Shown here piece after piece: positions 17,846-31,013 of a DNA stretch of 64,000 nt. Positions within the stretch are counted from its first letter, which is position 1. Every line of letters begins with the position of its first letter. The stretch lies in NCBI GenBank assembly GCA_047495785.1, contig JBLDXI010000024.1, forward strand, positions 3,162,001-3,226,000, read 5' to 3'. The position numbers and the translations under genes are program-made. The notes under the pieces are model-generated. The model had not been told where the DNA came from and ran no database searches. It was given only the letters and a program-made list of their open reading frames with translations. The DNA is from Lepidodermella squamata. Its lineage: Eukaryota > Animalia > Gastrotricha.

Positions 17846-20411
17846 ATGATCAACTGCATGCTAAGGCGCAAAATCGGCCAGCCCCTGTCCGAATTTATCA
17901 GCCCAGATGAGCGTGAGCTATACATTTCCCTTCACTACCAAAAAACTAGGTTTTTTCCCCTACAGTGAAAAAGGATGACGACATAGCCAACTTGGTGAAG
18001 CACGTAACGCAAGGCTGCAAGCTGACACTTGTCTCACCCAAGGGGAAACTCAAGGAGAGGATTGTTTTCGTAGATCAAGGGCAATGCATTCTGAGAAAGA
18101 ACTCCAGGGGCTTTCTACGAGATCGAGAGGGAACAAAAGTTCTTACAAGTAAGCTTATTCAAACTGCTGAATAACATCCAAATTTTCTCTCTATAGGTCT
18201 ACAAGATATTGAGCTGATATTTCCAGGTGGCGTAGCAGAGGGATTCAAACGAGCCGGCATCAAAGAGGTAAATTAATTTGAAAAAATGAGCTCAAAACAA
18301 ACTTGCTATGATTGAACAGGAGGATATCGATAAGTGTTTTTCGATTTCGGTTGCTAACTCTGATGAGACTTTCGACTTCATCTGCCCGGATGTTGCCACC
18401 CAAAAAATGTGGATCGATGGTCTCCAGATGATAATGACCAAGATGAAACCAGAGGTCATTCAAGCTGAGGAGTAATTTGCTTCAACGTTTCACATCGTGC
18501 CGCTAATTTTTGTACATTTCAGCCTAGCTCGTTGCTATTACCATATTGCTGACAAAAACAAGGATGGGAAGCTCTCATTGGATGAGGTAATTGGCCTGCT
18601 GAAGAAGCTGCATCTGGAAATCGACAAGCGATTTGTGAAAGACTTGATTAAGCGAATTGAAGCCGACGGAAATCCTGCAGATCGCGACAACCACCTTAAC
18701 CGTGATGAATTCATCTGCTTCATGAAAATCATCTACCACTGCCCAGAGATTGAAGAAATCTACCTTAAAGCGAAGGGTGACACTTCCTATTTGACAAAGA
18801 AGAACCTGATGGATTTCATTATGAACGGTCAGAAGCAGGACGATATTACTGAAGAATTTGTTGACGAGCTCATAAAGAATCACGAATTAGGCCAAACCCT
18901 GCGTTCGTCAGAAATGATGAGCTATGAAGGGTTCAGGGCTTACATGATGAGCGATGACAACTCTATTATAATCCCAGGATGCGAGACCAGTGTCTATCAA
19001 GACATGAGTAGGCCTCTATGCGACTACTGGATAGCTTCTTCTCATAATACCTACCTAACTGGGAACCAACTGACCGGGACCAGCAGCACTGATGGCTATA
19101 CCTACGCACTTCTAGCCGGTTACCGATGTGTCGAGATCGACGTTTGGGACGGCGATAATGGCGAGCCGATTGTTACGCATGGCCATACTCTGACGACGAA
19201 AATTCAGTTCAAAGATGTGATAAAAGCAATTCATATGCACGCATTCAACTCGACGCCTTTCCCTGTGATCCTGTCCATTGAAAACCACTGCTCTGTACCC
19301 CAGCAGCGGAGGATGGCTGAAATTATGAAGTCCTCCTTCGGTGAATCGTTATGTTCTTCGATCGAAGATCCGGATGATCCTTCAAAAATGATGTCCCCTC
19401 GCGATTTGGCTAACAAGATTTTGATCAAAGGCAAGCGGCTCAAGCCACACTCCGAGGCTAGTTCTGACGGAAGTGCCAAAGCTCCAAAGGTAGCTAAGGA
19501 ATTATCAGACATCACAGCTATCCCATCCGTACATTTGCCGGCTCTTGAAACAGGGAACCCGTACAAATCATGTGAGAATCTTTAAAACTAAGTTGTCTTT
19601 GTTACAATGTTTCTTTAAAGTACCAACTGGAGCTGTGGTTTCGGTCACAGAGGACAAAATTGTTTCTCTTCTTCATAAGGACCTTGAGGCTGTTAATGAC
19701 TTCACGAATAGATTTTTCATCCGAGTTTATCCAAGTGGGATTAGGACTCACTCCAGTAACTACAACCCTGCTCCAGGATTAGTGGCCGGTGCGCAACTGG
19801 GTAAGTTATGTTTACGATTCCAAATATGACTTGAGGTATTTTCTCTAACAGTCGCCATCAACATACAAAGCGATGACAAGCATTTCAACATCCTTAATGA
19901 CTTTTTCGCTGATAATTATCGATGCGGCTACGTGTTGAAAGAACTAGCCGAGCCGATATCACCGCCCATGACATTGACGGTACGGGTTGTCTCAGGCTAT
20001 CAACTCGGGAAGGCAGACACTTCTGGGGCAAAGCAAAAGGACATTCTGGACCCTTACGTTTTAGTTCGATTGTACGGCTACGAATCGGACCAGGCTAAAT
20101 TCACGACTAAAACAGTTATGAACAATGGCTTCAACCCTGTTTGGAATGAAACATTCATGTTCTCCATTCAACGGCCTGATGTCGCGCTTTTGAGATTCGT
20201 TGTGCTCGACAGTAATACCGGGAAAGATACATTCGTTGCTCAACGAAGCATGCGACTCTCAGTCGCTAGGCAAGGTGAGTCTCTCAGACCTATCTTTCCC
20301 GTTCTAAACTCCGATTTTTCAGGTTTTCGCTGTGTGAAGCTGTCCGGTGGCCTATCTGCATGCCCTACGCTGCTTGTCTACATATCTGTTGCGTTCAAGC
20401 CCCAGGAGTAA
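17846..20411 (+). CDS. Phosphoinositide-specific phospholipase C, delta-like (PH-EF-X-Y-C2), copy 1, 8 exons
   Basis: Exons 17846-17912, 17966-18148, 18197-18267, 18320-18471, 18523-19571, 19621-19800, 19852-20274, 20323-20411. Motifs: PH WIDGL, EF-hand DKNKDGKLSLDE, SSHNTY, EIDVWDG, HGHTL, SIENHC, RVYPSG..SSNYNP, C2 NNGFNPVWNE. Confidence 0.92.
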
Positions 20412-20782
20412 TGAACTCTGGCTTGAAAATGCGAATGAACACGTTGATTCTTCTAACAATCTCTGCTGTGATAACTAATTTAGTCTCATATTTCAGTGCC
20501 TGCCAAATATTTTCGAAATAAATCTTTTTCCTGAAGAATTGTTCAATGCACCGAAAATCGATTACCATTTTTTGATGAGCAAATTTATCAAGCCAAAGTG
20601 GCTTGTGCTCGATAGAGTGCACACAGCGTATGTCTTTGTGCCTTTTTTCATACATTATTTATCAAACTTTCCGCAGATTTTATCTTCGCTAAATCGATTG
20701 CTGGTGGTAGAATGAAATCAAGTTTAATGCTTTCATTTACATTCGCAAAAGCAATCGGATTTTTTATTTTCACCATTTCGTG

Positions 20783-23597
20783 ATGCTTTGCCTCGCAAAA
20801 AGGAGACCAAATAGACCACTGAAAGAATTTTTCACGGCGGAAGATGGTTATTTCCGGTTTTCTACAAAAGGAATCAGCTAAATGTTCCCATTTCCTAACA
20901 GATCAGGATCCTGAAATTTGGTTCCTGTTAAGATTTATGTCTCGAGGAAACAATCTGACGATTCTTTTCAAGAACGGTAAGCGGAAAGTTCGCCGGTTCT
21001 TCGTCGACCAAGAAAGCTCAACCTTGAAAAGGTCTTCTACCAGTTTCACTTCAGGGAAAGCAAAGACAAAGCGTGTATTTGGTTAGCCATTCCTTGTAAA
21101 ATATTTTGAACTTGCGTTATTCCTGAAATTTACAGATTTGCGCGACATTGCCCTCGTATTTGGAGGTGCCTATACTGAGTCTTTCCAGAAGCATGGCTTG
21201 ATAAAGGTAACTTGAAATCCTTAAATTCTACTCCTGGCATATCTGTTTTAAGGATGCGGATAAATGTTTTACAATCATCATTGGGGATTCCGAGAGAGCT
21301 TATGACTTCCTTTGCCCGGACGTCGCGAGCCGCCAGCATTGGGTTGATGGTCTTTCAATCATCACAGCCCGATTGAGGCCTGAAATTCGAAGAGCTGAAG
21401 AGTAAGTTGACCATTAAGTTAGGCTACAGCTTTCAAACGATTATTTTCTCAGTTTGGCCAAGTGCTACTTCCACCTTGCTGACGTAAACAATGATGGCTC
21501 ACTTTCAATTGATGAAATATGTCTGCTGATTCGCCGACTCCACCTCAACCTTGACCGGCGATACATCGACGAGATGATTCAACGCGTCGAAGCTGTAAGC
21601 ACGCCCATAAACCAGGACAGCCAACTCGATCGAGAAGAATTCCTCCGTTTTGTACAAATCTTATACCACTGCCCAGAAATCGAAAGGCTTTACAACATCA
21701 TCAAGGGAGAATCCGAGTACCTGTCCAAGAAGCGTTTCGTCCTATTTCTAGCCAACGTTCAAAAGGATGATATCGGCAACGAAAACGTGGAAGAAATCAT
21801 CAAAAATAACGAATTAGGCATTTCCCTTCGAGTCTCGAATATGCTGAGTTACGAAGGGTTCCGGTCTTACCTCACAAGTGATGTTAATGCCCTAATTCGA
21901 GCTGGTACTGATGTCGTATACCACGATATGACCAGGCCGTTAACAGAGTACTGGATTGCTTCGTCGCATAATACTTATTTGACCGGTAACCAGCTTACCA
22001 GTGATAGCAGTACCGATGGTTACACTAATGCTCTGCTCAATGGATTTCGCTGTGTTGAAAGTAAGCCTTCATTCTGTCTTGTTTGTAAAATTAACATTTT
22101 TTGTCCATTTTTCCTTCACCTTTTGAATGTCTGCTCTAACATGCAATCAACATCAATTTTTAATGTTTTTGTAATTTCCAGTCGATTGCTGGGATGGGGA
22201 TGACGGGGAGCCCATGGTGACTCACGGCCACACGCTCACGTCGAAAATTCTGTTTAAGGACGTGATTCAAGCTATTCACTGTGCAGCATTCGTATCTTCA
22301 CCCTACCCTGTGATACTATCCCTGGAAAATCACTGCTCAGCTGGTCAACAAAAGAGAATGGTCGAAATAATGACGTCTATTTTCGGCACTGACCTATGTG
22401 TATCTCTTATCGACCCTAAAAAACAGACCCAACTGCTTTCACCCGAGGCTTTGAAGCATAAATTCATTCTTAAAGGAAAAAAGTTGAGATTCAGTTCGTG
22501 GGAAAGTACAGCGGAATTGTTAGCAAAAACCGCTATCATAACTGCAAATGCACCAGCCAACGATCAGCCAATGGTGGCAATGCCAGCTGGAGAGAAAGTC
22601 GCAAAAGTCTGCAAGGAGCTGTCAGACATCACTGCTATGGGCTCTGAATGCATACCTCAAACTTTCGACAAAAAGCGTAAGTATCACTGGATGCCCCCTT
22701 AAATATTGTATCAATGTTTTGTCTCAGTGAAATATCCGTCGGGGAGTGTCGTTTCCGGAACGGAAGGAACAGTGTTGTCTCTAGTTCAGACTGATTTGGA
22801 TGGGGTCGAACACTTCACAAGAAAATATTTCTTCCGGGTCTATCCAAGCGGTTTAAGGACCCACTCGAGTAACTACAACCCTCTGCCCTCTCTTATCGGC
22901 GGTTGCCAGCTTGGTGAGATCAGATTTTTTCTGAGTAAACCTCAAAATGTCGCTAATTTTATTCGCAGTTGCATTGAACGTCCAGACAACCGATAAGCAT
23001 TACAATATGTACAATGGATTTTTTCGAGACAATGGAAGATGCGGGTATCTCCTCAAGTCTCTGCCTCCGCCTCTGAAGAATCCAATTGTGTTCACCCTGC
23101 GTATCATTGGAGGTTACCAGCTGGGTATAGTCGATACTACAAAGACTCAGCGCGATATTCTTGACCCGTCTGTGGTTGTTCGAATTCATGGATGCATTGA
23201 AGACAACGCGAGATTTCAAACAAAAGTCGTCAGCCATAATGGTGAGTCATCATTTCCCCTGAAGATTATCAACTATTTTGCCGAATAGTCCATAGAGAAT
23301 CGAGTCAAGGTAACTTTATTCTCTATGGGTTTATCAAATCAAATCAAATTACGAGCATCTAATGTTTTTAATATAGGATTCAACCCTGTGTGGAATGAAA
23401 CCTTTACTTTCACGATACGCCGGCCCGATGTAGCCCTCCTACGATTTATTGTACTCGACAGTGGAGCTGCCGGAGGAACTTGCGTAGCACAGCATACCAT
23501 ACGCTTCAATCTCATTCGGCAAGGCTTTCGTTGCATCCGCTTAGATAGCGAAACTTCAACGTGTGCCCTACTGCTCATAAACGCTGTTATTGCATAG
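20783..23597 (+). CDS. PLC delta-like, copy 2, 9 exons
   Basis: Starts MLCLAKRRP at 20783. Same domain order and catalytic motifs (SSHNTY, HGHTL, SLENHC, RVYPSG). 8 GT-AG introns; stop TAG ends at 23597. Confidence 0.9.
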
Positions 23598-24376
23598 AAT
23601 TTTGTGACTCAATCGATGGCAGCCGAAATTTAATCAGTGTTATGACGATATACATAGCTGTGATTTCATCAACGCCGTAGGATGGAACATGAATGTAGGA
23701 GTTAATAAAAAACAAAAGATCAAACAAAGGCCTCGAAATAAGCTGATCCAGTTACGTCAATTTCAAGGACGAAGATTTATACCATGAATTCAAGCTGCAA
23801 CTTTTTATCCACTTGTTTTTCGTTATTTCTCAATGGCGGATTCAATGGAGGCGTTCAACTTATTGAGGCAGATAGCAGGTAAGCCCCTATGAATTGAGTT
23901 GAGCCCTGTAGTATCAATAGCGAGAAGTTTCGGCCTCAATGATGCGCCTCACCCAGTTTGCGCGCGGGATTTACTTGCAATTTTGAGACGCGATCATAAA
24001 ATGATAGGCATACAGATAACAACAACTTACCACAGACTGTGTGTGGTAGTAGTAGTATACAACGCGCTTAAATTACGGCAGCCCATCATCGGCACGCAAC
24101 TTGCATATATTCCATGGATTATTTTTTAGCCATCATATTTTTATTTACTATAATACATATCAAAAACAGGAGCTATACTTTCATATAGACCAACTTTTGA
24201 TTATCGCTTTGTGTGTGCGTGCTGAGCGCCGGTATAGCTAGCTAGCCCCCTTGATCATAATCAGCCCAGTGCATAAAAGCAATTGATCGCTTTCACATAA
24301 TAAATTGTTTTTCCGTTGCATTTTTTCGATAATTTCTTTCAATAAAACAATATTATATGAAAGTCTTTACACTATC

Positions 24377-27013
24377 ATGTCTTGCGCGGGCAGAAATAAA
24401 GGAAAACCGCTCTTGGAACTATTCGCTGATAATGGTAAGTCGTTTATACTCAGAAATGCTAGTATGTCCCTAAAATTATTGCATAGGTACCACGGAGAGT
24501 GTGATAGAACAGCTCAAATTATTGATTCGTGGTCAAAAACTGACAATTGTCTCGAAAAATGGCAAGAGGAAGAATCGAGTGGTTTTCATCGACGATGCGA
24601 CTTCAATGCTGAGAAAGCACTCAACAGGTTTATTTGCTGACGATGCTGGGACGAAACGCTTAGCCGGTAAGACTCTTCATTCTCACCCTTCTTGCTTCTT
24701 CTTAACACTTTTCCATAGAATTGAGAAGAATTGCCTGTATATTACCCGGTGCATATACCGAGGCGTTTCATAAGCATGGCCTTATGAAAGATGCGGAGCG
24801 ATGCTTTTCAGTGGTTATGGATAACGATGAGACCATAGATTTCCTGTGCCCGAGTGCTGAGGTCGCCGATCAATGGGTCGATGGCCTTTCGGCTGTAGTC
24901 GGGCGCTTCAATCCTGACATCAGAACAGCAGACGAGTGAGTCTTTCAATCAGGCCTTTTACCTCCTTTTACCATTTTCCTATTAGCTTGGCGAGATGTTA
25001 TTTCCACCTGGCTGATATTAACAGCGACGGCCGTCTGTCCTACGATGAAGTCCAGCAACTCTTAACTCGCCTTCACATTAACTTAGATAAGCGGTTGATC
25101 AAAGACCTCGTGGCTAAAGTTGAGAAGAATAGCGCGACTCCTAAAAGGGACAACCATTTGGACCAAGAAGAGTTTCAGCGATTCGTCAAAATCCTTTACC
25201 ACTGCCCAGAGATCGAGGCGATTTACAAAACCGCGAAAGGACGGGCAGATTATTTGACCAAAGATAAATTCCTCGAATTCCTTAACAGCAGCAACTCCGA
25301 GAAAATTTTCGCAGCCCAAATTGAAGAGCTGGTGAAAAGTCACGAGTTGAGCCTTACGCTGCGTTGTTCTTATATGATGAGCTATGAAGGTTTTCGCGCC
25401 TTCTTAATGTCGGATGATAATTTGCTGATCATGCCAAGAGCGGCTCATGTCTACCAGGATATGAAGCGGCCGTTTACTGAATACTGGATTTGCTCCTCGC
25501 ATAATACCTACCTCACCGGGAATCAGCTGACCGGAGCGAGTAGTACAGATGGTTACACTGCAGCTCTTTTGGGAGGTTACCGATGCGTCGAGAGTAAGTC
25601 GGGAAAATACTCATAAATTTTCATAAATTTCCTATTCTCCTAGTTGATTGTTGGGATGGTGAGAATGGAGATCCGGTTGTAACACATGGCCACACTCTAA
25701 CAACGAAAATTGCATTCAAAGACGTGATTCAAGCCATCAAAACGTCGGCCTTTGTCACTTCGACGTTCCCTGTCATTCTATCCCTCGAAAATCACTGTTC
25801 CATTCCTCAACAGCGCAAGATGGCTGAGTACATGAAATCAACTTTCGGCTCTAATCTCTGCTCATCCCTAGCGGACCCAAATGATCCTGGAAAAATGCTT
25901 TCGCCCGAAGATTTACAGTTCAAATATTTGATTAAAGGCAAGAGGGTGAAAGGGATCAACTCTGACACGTCCTCTTACGCTCTAGCTGAGGCTGCCAAGA
26001 GCTCAGTTGTAAAGGTTACGGAGAATACGACTACGATCCTCACCGAAACTTTAACCAAAGTATCTGGCGATGGAAAAACTACAGTGGAAACTGTTCAGAA
26101 GATTCAGCAGACTCAGAATGAAAGCGTCCACCCAGGCAGTGAAAAAGTGAAAACGGCGAAAGAGCTCTCTGATATTACAGCAATTCCTTCGGTCAGTATG
26201 CCGCCACTTGTTGGGGGAAATCCAATAAAAACTCGTGAGTTGAATTTAATTTCTAATTATCTTACTGTTTTTTTGATTTTCCAGTTCCTCTTGGCGCTGT
26301 TGTCTCCTTAACAGAAAGTCAGATCGTGACTCATGTGGAAAAGGATATTGATTCAATCATCGAATTTACCAAGAAACACTTCATCAGAGTTTATCCAAGT
26401 GGCCTGAGGACTCAGTCTAGCAACTACAACCCCATGCCGGGGATCATCAGCGGGAGCCAACTCGTCGCCCTCAACATTCAAACTTCTGATAAACATTGCA
26501 ACTTGTATAACGGATTTTTCCTTGACAACGGAAATTGCGGCTACCTACTGAAGCAACTGCCGCCCCCTTACCATCCACCGATTACTCTAAATTTGAAAAT
26601 TATCAGCGGCTATCAACTAGGGAAGGTTGATACGTCGAAGAAGCAACGAGATATTTTGGATCCTTTCGTTATAGTAAGGATTTACGGAGTGCTGGATGAC
26701 TGCACTAGATCTGAGACTAAAGTTGTCGATAACAACGGATTCAATCCAGTTTGGAACGACTCTTTCACATTCCACATAAGACGGCCAGATGTCGCTATTC
26801 TTCGCTTTATCGTCATGGATGACAACGCGGGGAAGAACGAATTCATGGCGCAGTATTCTATTCGAGTTACTTTAATTAGGCCTGGTAAGGAAATTAGCTT
26901 CTACGACATTTTTTATGCTAAGGCAATTTACTTTTACAGGGTACAGGTGCGTGAAATTGGACAACGAGCATTCTTCATGTTCCTCTCTCTTAGTCCACGT
27001 ATCGATCGACTGA
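24377..27013 (+). CDS. PLC delta-like, copy 3, 7 exons
   Basis: Starts MSCAGRNKGK at 24377. Catalytic motifs intact. Last exon 26940-27013 (GYRCVKLD...VSID*). Confidence 0.9.
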
Positions 27014-27830
27014 GGATGTATTAGAATTATCTACGTCTGTGAAAACTGCCACTATCGTATTAGACTCATCCCTTTCGCACAATGTTGAAACAAAAAAGTC
27101 TTCTGCGCATTTGTTTGTTCGAAATAAAGTTTTTTTGGCATTATATAATACGCTGCTGCTACAAGAATGCGCACAGCAAATATAGCGGGCGTTGTTGTTC
27201 TTTTTACCGCGCTTTGCATTGATGACTTATTATGCAAATGCGCCGGAGTACATATATGAGTATAGTGAGTAGGTAAACAATGACCGAACATGGAGTAGTG
27301 CTACGCATGTGTTTCTATGCTAGATGCAGGTAAGCTTAAGATGTCGGAATGATACATCTCTTTTTTGCAAGATTTTTGTGATCCCCAGCGCGCATTTTTT
27401 CAAGCTAGTTATATAAGGAATGAGACTTGTCACCGCGGTTAACGGCATTAATTGATAGCAAGCGCGAGCATGCATTTAAAAATGTTAAAGATTTTTTTTT
27501 ACGTCGAGTGGCATTGTTTTCTCAAGCCAGCGGCGCCACAATAGCAAAAATAATCCCCGCTACACGCGAGACCGGTCGATGAGAGCCGGCGGAGTTTTTT
27601 ACACGTCCACATAGTAAAAAAACTTTATAGCCAGCGAATTTTAGCAGGTCGCATAACTTGAGCTAAATTATACTCTCTTGAAATATTTATCATTACTTTA
27701 ATTCCCGCGGATTGCGTGCCGACTCTGCGTACCAAAGTTCCGTCACCCAATTATCCTAATGTAAATTTCGAACTTGTTCAGACTCGATGCATTAAACTAT
27801 CATAAGCTTGTTTTTACTTTTACTTCTTCA

Positions 27831-30519
27831 ATGGCTTGTATGAGGCCGCGACAAGACAAGCCTTTATCCGAAATATTTCCACCAGAGTCAGGTAATAAAT
27901 TTTAATCCACCTTAATTATACCAAAATCACTCTTACTTTCAACACTAGACCCTCAATATGACAAAGATGTAGCTGAGATTATTAAGCAGCTAACTCAAGG
28001 GAAAGATGTTCATCTCGTCGAAAAATCTGGGCGGAAAAAGATCCGGAAAATTTATGTTGATGACAAAACTTCAGCGTTAAGAAAAACATCCAAAGGAATC
28101 TTCGCGGGTGGTTCGAAAGAGTTAGTCTGTAAGTTAATTTATTCTCCAAGCTTCTTAAGTTATACCTGTATTTACTACAGCTTTGAGAGAGATCGGGTCC
28201 GTTTTTGGAGGAGCCTACACCGAAGCTTTTGTCAAGTCTGGACTGACCAAAGTAAACCGATGATTAACCGTGAAACTTTGATACAATTTTTGTAATTTAG
28301 GAAGGGAATAAAGCCTTTACAGTTGTCTTTGGGGACTCCAACAACACAACAGTCGATGTCTACTGCGGCGATGAGGCTACAAGAGATGTGTGGCTCAATG
28401 GTCTCTCGATCATTTCATCCCGTTTCAAGCCAAAGATTCAGTCAGCTGATGAGTGAGTTCCGCTTTTGAATCCATTAGTTTACATCGATTTTTTGGCCTT
28501 CTTCCAGTATGGCTCGATGCTACTTTCAGCTCGCAGATGTTAACAACGATGGGCATTTAACAATTGACGAAGTCTGCGCGCTGCTAAAACGCCTCCATTT
28601 GTCCCTGGACAAGCGCTTTGTTAAAGACATGATGGCTAGGGCTGAACAGGGCAGCGATGCCTCAAAGCAGGACGGGAAACTTGACAAGGAGGAATTTCTT
28701 AAATTCGTCAACATCCTATTCCACTGCGAACAGATCGAAGCTTTCTACAACAAAGCTAGAGGAGAGGCGAAATACATGCCATTTGACAAATTCGCTGATT
28801 TTCTAAAAACTCAACAAAGAGAGAACTTTGACAAAGAAAGCGTCCGAGAACTCATTCGTAAGAACGAGCTTAACGTTTGGCTTCGAGGCAATGACATGAT
28901 AGGATACGTCGGCTTCCGGTCTTTTGTTATGTCCGAGGATAACCAAATCAAAGACCTCAAGGCAAATGAGGTTTATCAAGATATGTCCAAGCCGATTACC
29001 GAGTACTGGATTGCTTCTTCGCATAATACATACCTTGTCGGGAATCAACTGACTGGGGAGAGCAGCCTTAATGGTTACATCTCAGCTCTAACGGATGGTT
29101 TCCGATGTGTTGAAAGTAAGTCATTGATTTCGCTTAACAATCTCCGATGAGTCTCTCTTTTCTAGTTGACTGCTGGGATGGGGATAACGGCGAACCAATT
29201 GTTACTCACGGCCACACGTTAACTTCCAAACTCATCTTCAGTGACGTTATTGAGGCTATCAAAACGTCAGGATTTCTTGCCTCTTCCTATCCGGTTATTG
29301 TCTCGATCGAAAACCACTGTTCCGTTGCGCAGCAGAAGAAACTTGCCGAACATATGATTCGCATTTTCGGAAAAGACTTGGTCCCCTCACTTGCCGATCC
29401 AAGCGACCCAACGAAGATGATGTCGCCTGAGCAGCTGAAGAACAAGTACTTGGTTAAGGGAAAGCGGCTCAAGGGGGCTGATAAATTGGCGGGCATGGGG
29501 TCGAGTACGGAATCGACCGGGGATGGTGAAGACGCAGCTGAGAATTCTCAGCTCTCGCCTGAAGAGCGAGAGGCTGTAAAAGCTGCTGAGAAAGCTTCGA
29601 AAACCGCAAAGGAACTTTCAGATATCACTGCAATTCCTTCGACCCACATGCCAGAAATTAACGAAAACGGCGAGCCTCCAAAAGCTTGTAAGTTGGTTTT
29701 CTTTTCTCTCAAAAGTCCATAATTACGAACCTCTATTGTTGTAGTGCCCATGGGTGCTGTATCTTCCTTAACGGAGAACGCTATCCAGTCTTTAGTTGAA
29801 AAGAACCCCGGAGGTGTTGTTGGATATACGAAGAAACACTTCATCCGAACCTATCCGAAGGGTCTGAGGACAGATTCAAGCAACTACGACCCGATGCCTG
29901 GTCTTATTGGCGGTTGCCAGCTGGTTGCGCTCAATACGCAGACGTTTGACAAGCACCTTAATCTTTGCCGCGGATTTTTCGAGGATAACGGCGCCAGTGG
30001 TTATGTTCTAAAAGACTTGCAACTCGCCCCTCAACCACCAGTAACACTCCAAGTTAAAATCATCTCTGGGTATCAACTTGGCAAGGTTGACATTGGCGAG
30101 AATCCAAGAGACGTGTTGGATCCTTACGTGAAAGTGAGGATGTATGGTATTGCTGAAGATTGTGTAAAGTACTCGACGAAAACTATCAACAACAACGGTT
30201 AGAGTCGAATATCAACGTTTTCATTGTTCCATTTTCAATTTTGTAGGGTTTAATCCGGTCTGGAACGAAACATTCACATTCACAGTGAAACGGCCTGACA
30301 TTGCTGTGTTGAGATTCATTGTTATGGACGATGATGCTGGTAAAGATACGTTCATTGCCCAGTATTCTGTAAGATTCGGACTTATTCGACAAGGTATGCT
30401 AGCTACTTAAAAGTTTCTAAAAATGCCACAAAGTTAACCTTTCAGGATTACGGGTCGTCCATTTGGAGAGTGACTTCTCGGACTGCTCTTCGCTTTTGGT
30501 CGAAATAACGAAGAACTAA
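27831..30519 (+). CDS. PLC delta-like, copy 4, 9 exons
   Basis: Starts MACMRPRQDK at 27831. PH exons ~27950-28452 are too short for the ORF track. Catalytic motifs intact. Last exon 30446-30519. Confidence 0.9.
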
Positions 30520-31013
30520 TAACGAATTTGAACATTCCGCAAGTTTATCCTTGCAATTGCTACTCGCTTTTCGCTAACTCATCTTTTATTAAGAATTTAT
30601 TTTCAAAATTGTGACTGCCTCATGGCATTGCTGACTGGTTGTAATCTACTTGACCTTTAATACTGCAATAAAAGTGCTGCTTCTGATGAATCTCGCCACT
30701 TTACTGACTTAACCGATTGGTCTCAAGAAGTCTCTATTTCACTATTGAAATTTTTCCGGATCTCGGATGCTGTCGCGGTTTCAAAGAAAGATATTTTTGA
30801 ACTTTAATTTCTGTCTATCGAGCACTCAAACCTAATTGATTTCCGTGATGTCAGTTGGCGATGACACCTACTAGTCGCGAAGATAGATGCTGCAGCCAGA
30901 AACGCGTTCTCATCGGGCGTAGTTCGAAATCTGACACATTTTGGCAGCAGCTGCTCGGATAAAATAGCTAATTCCATCATTTCGCATTGTCTGAAATTTA
31001 ATTTGATAAGAAA

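Noticed and set aside
17846-30519. Catalytically dead PLC-like (PRIP-type) proteins
   Set aside because: Both catalytic His residues and the Ca-binding residues are present in all four copies.
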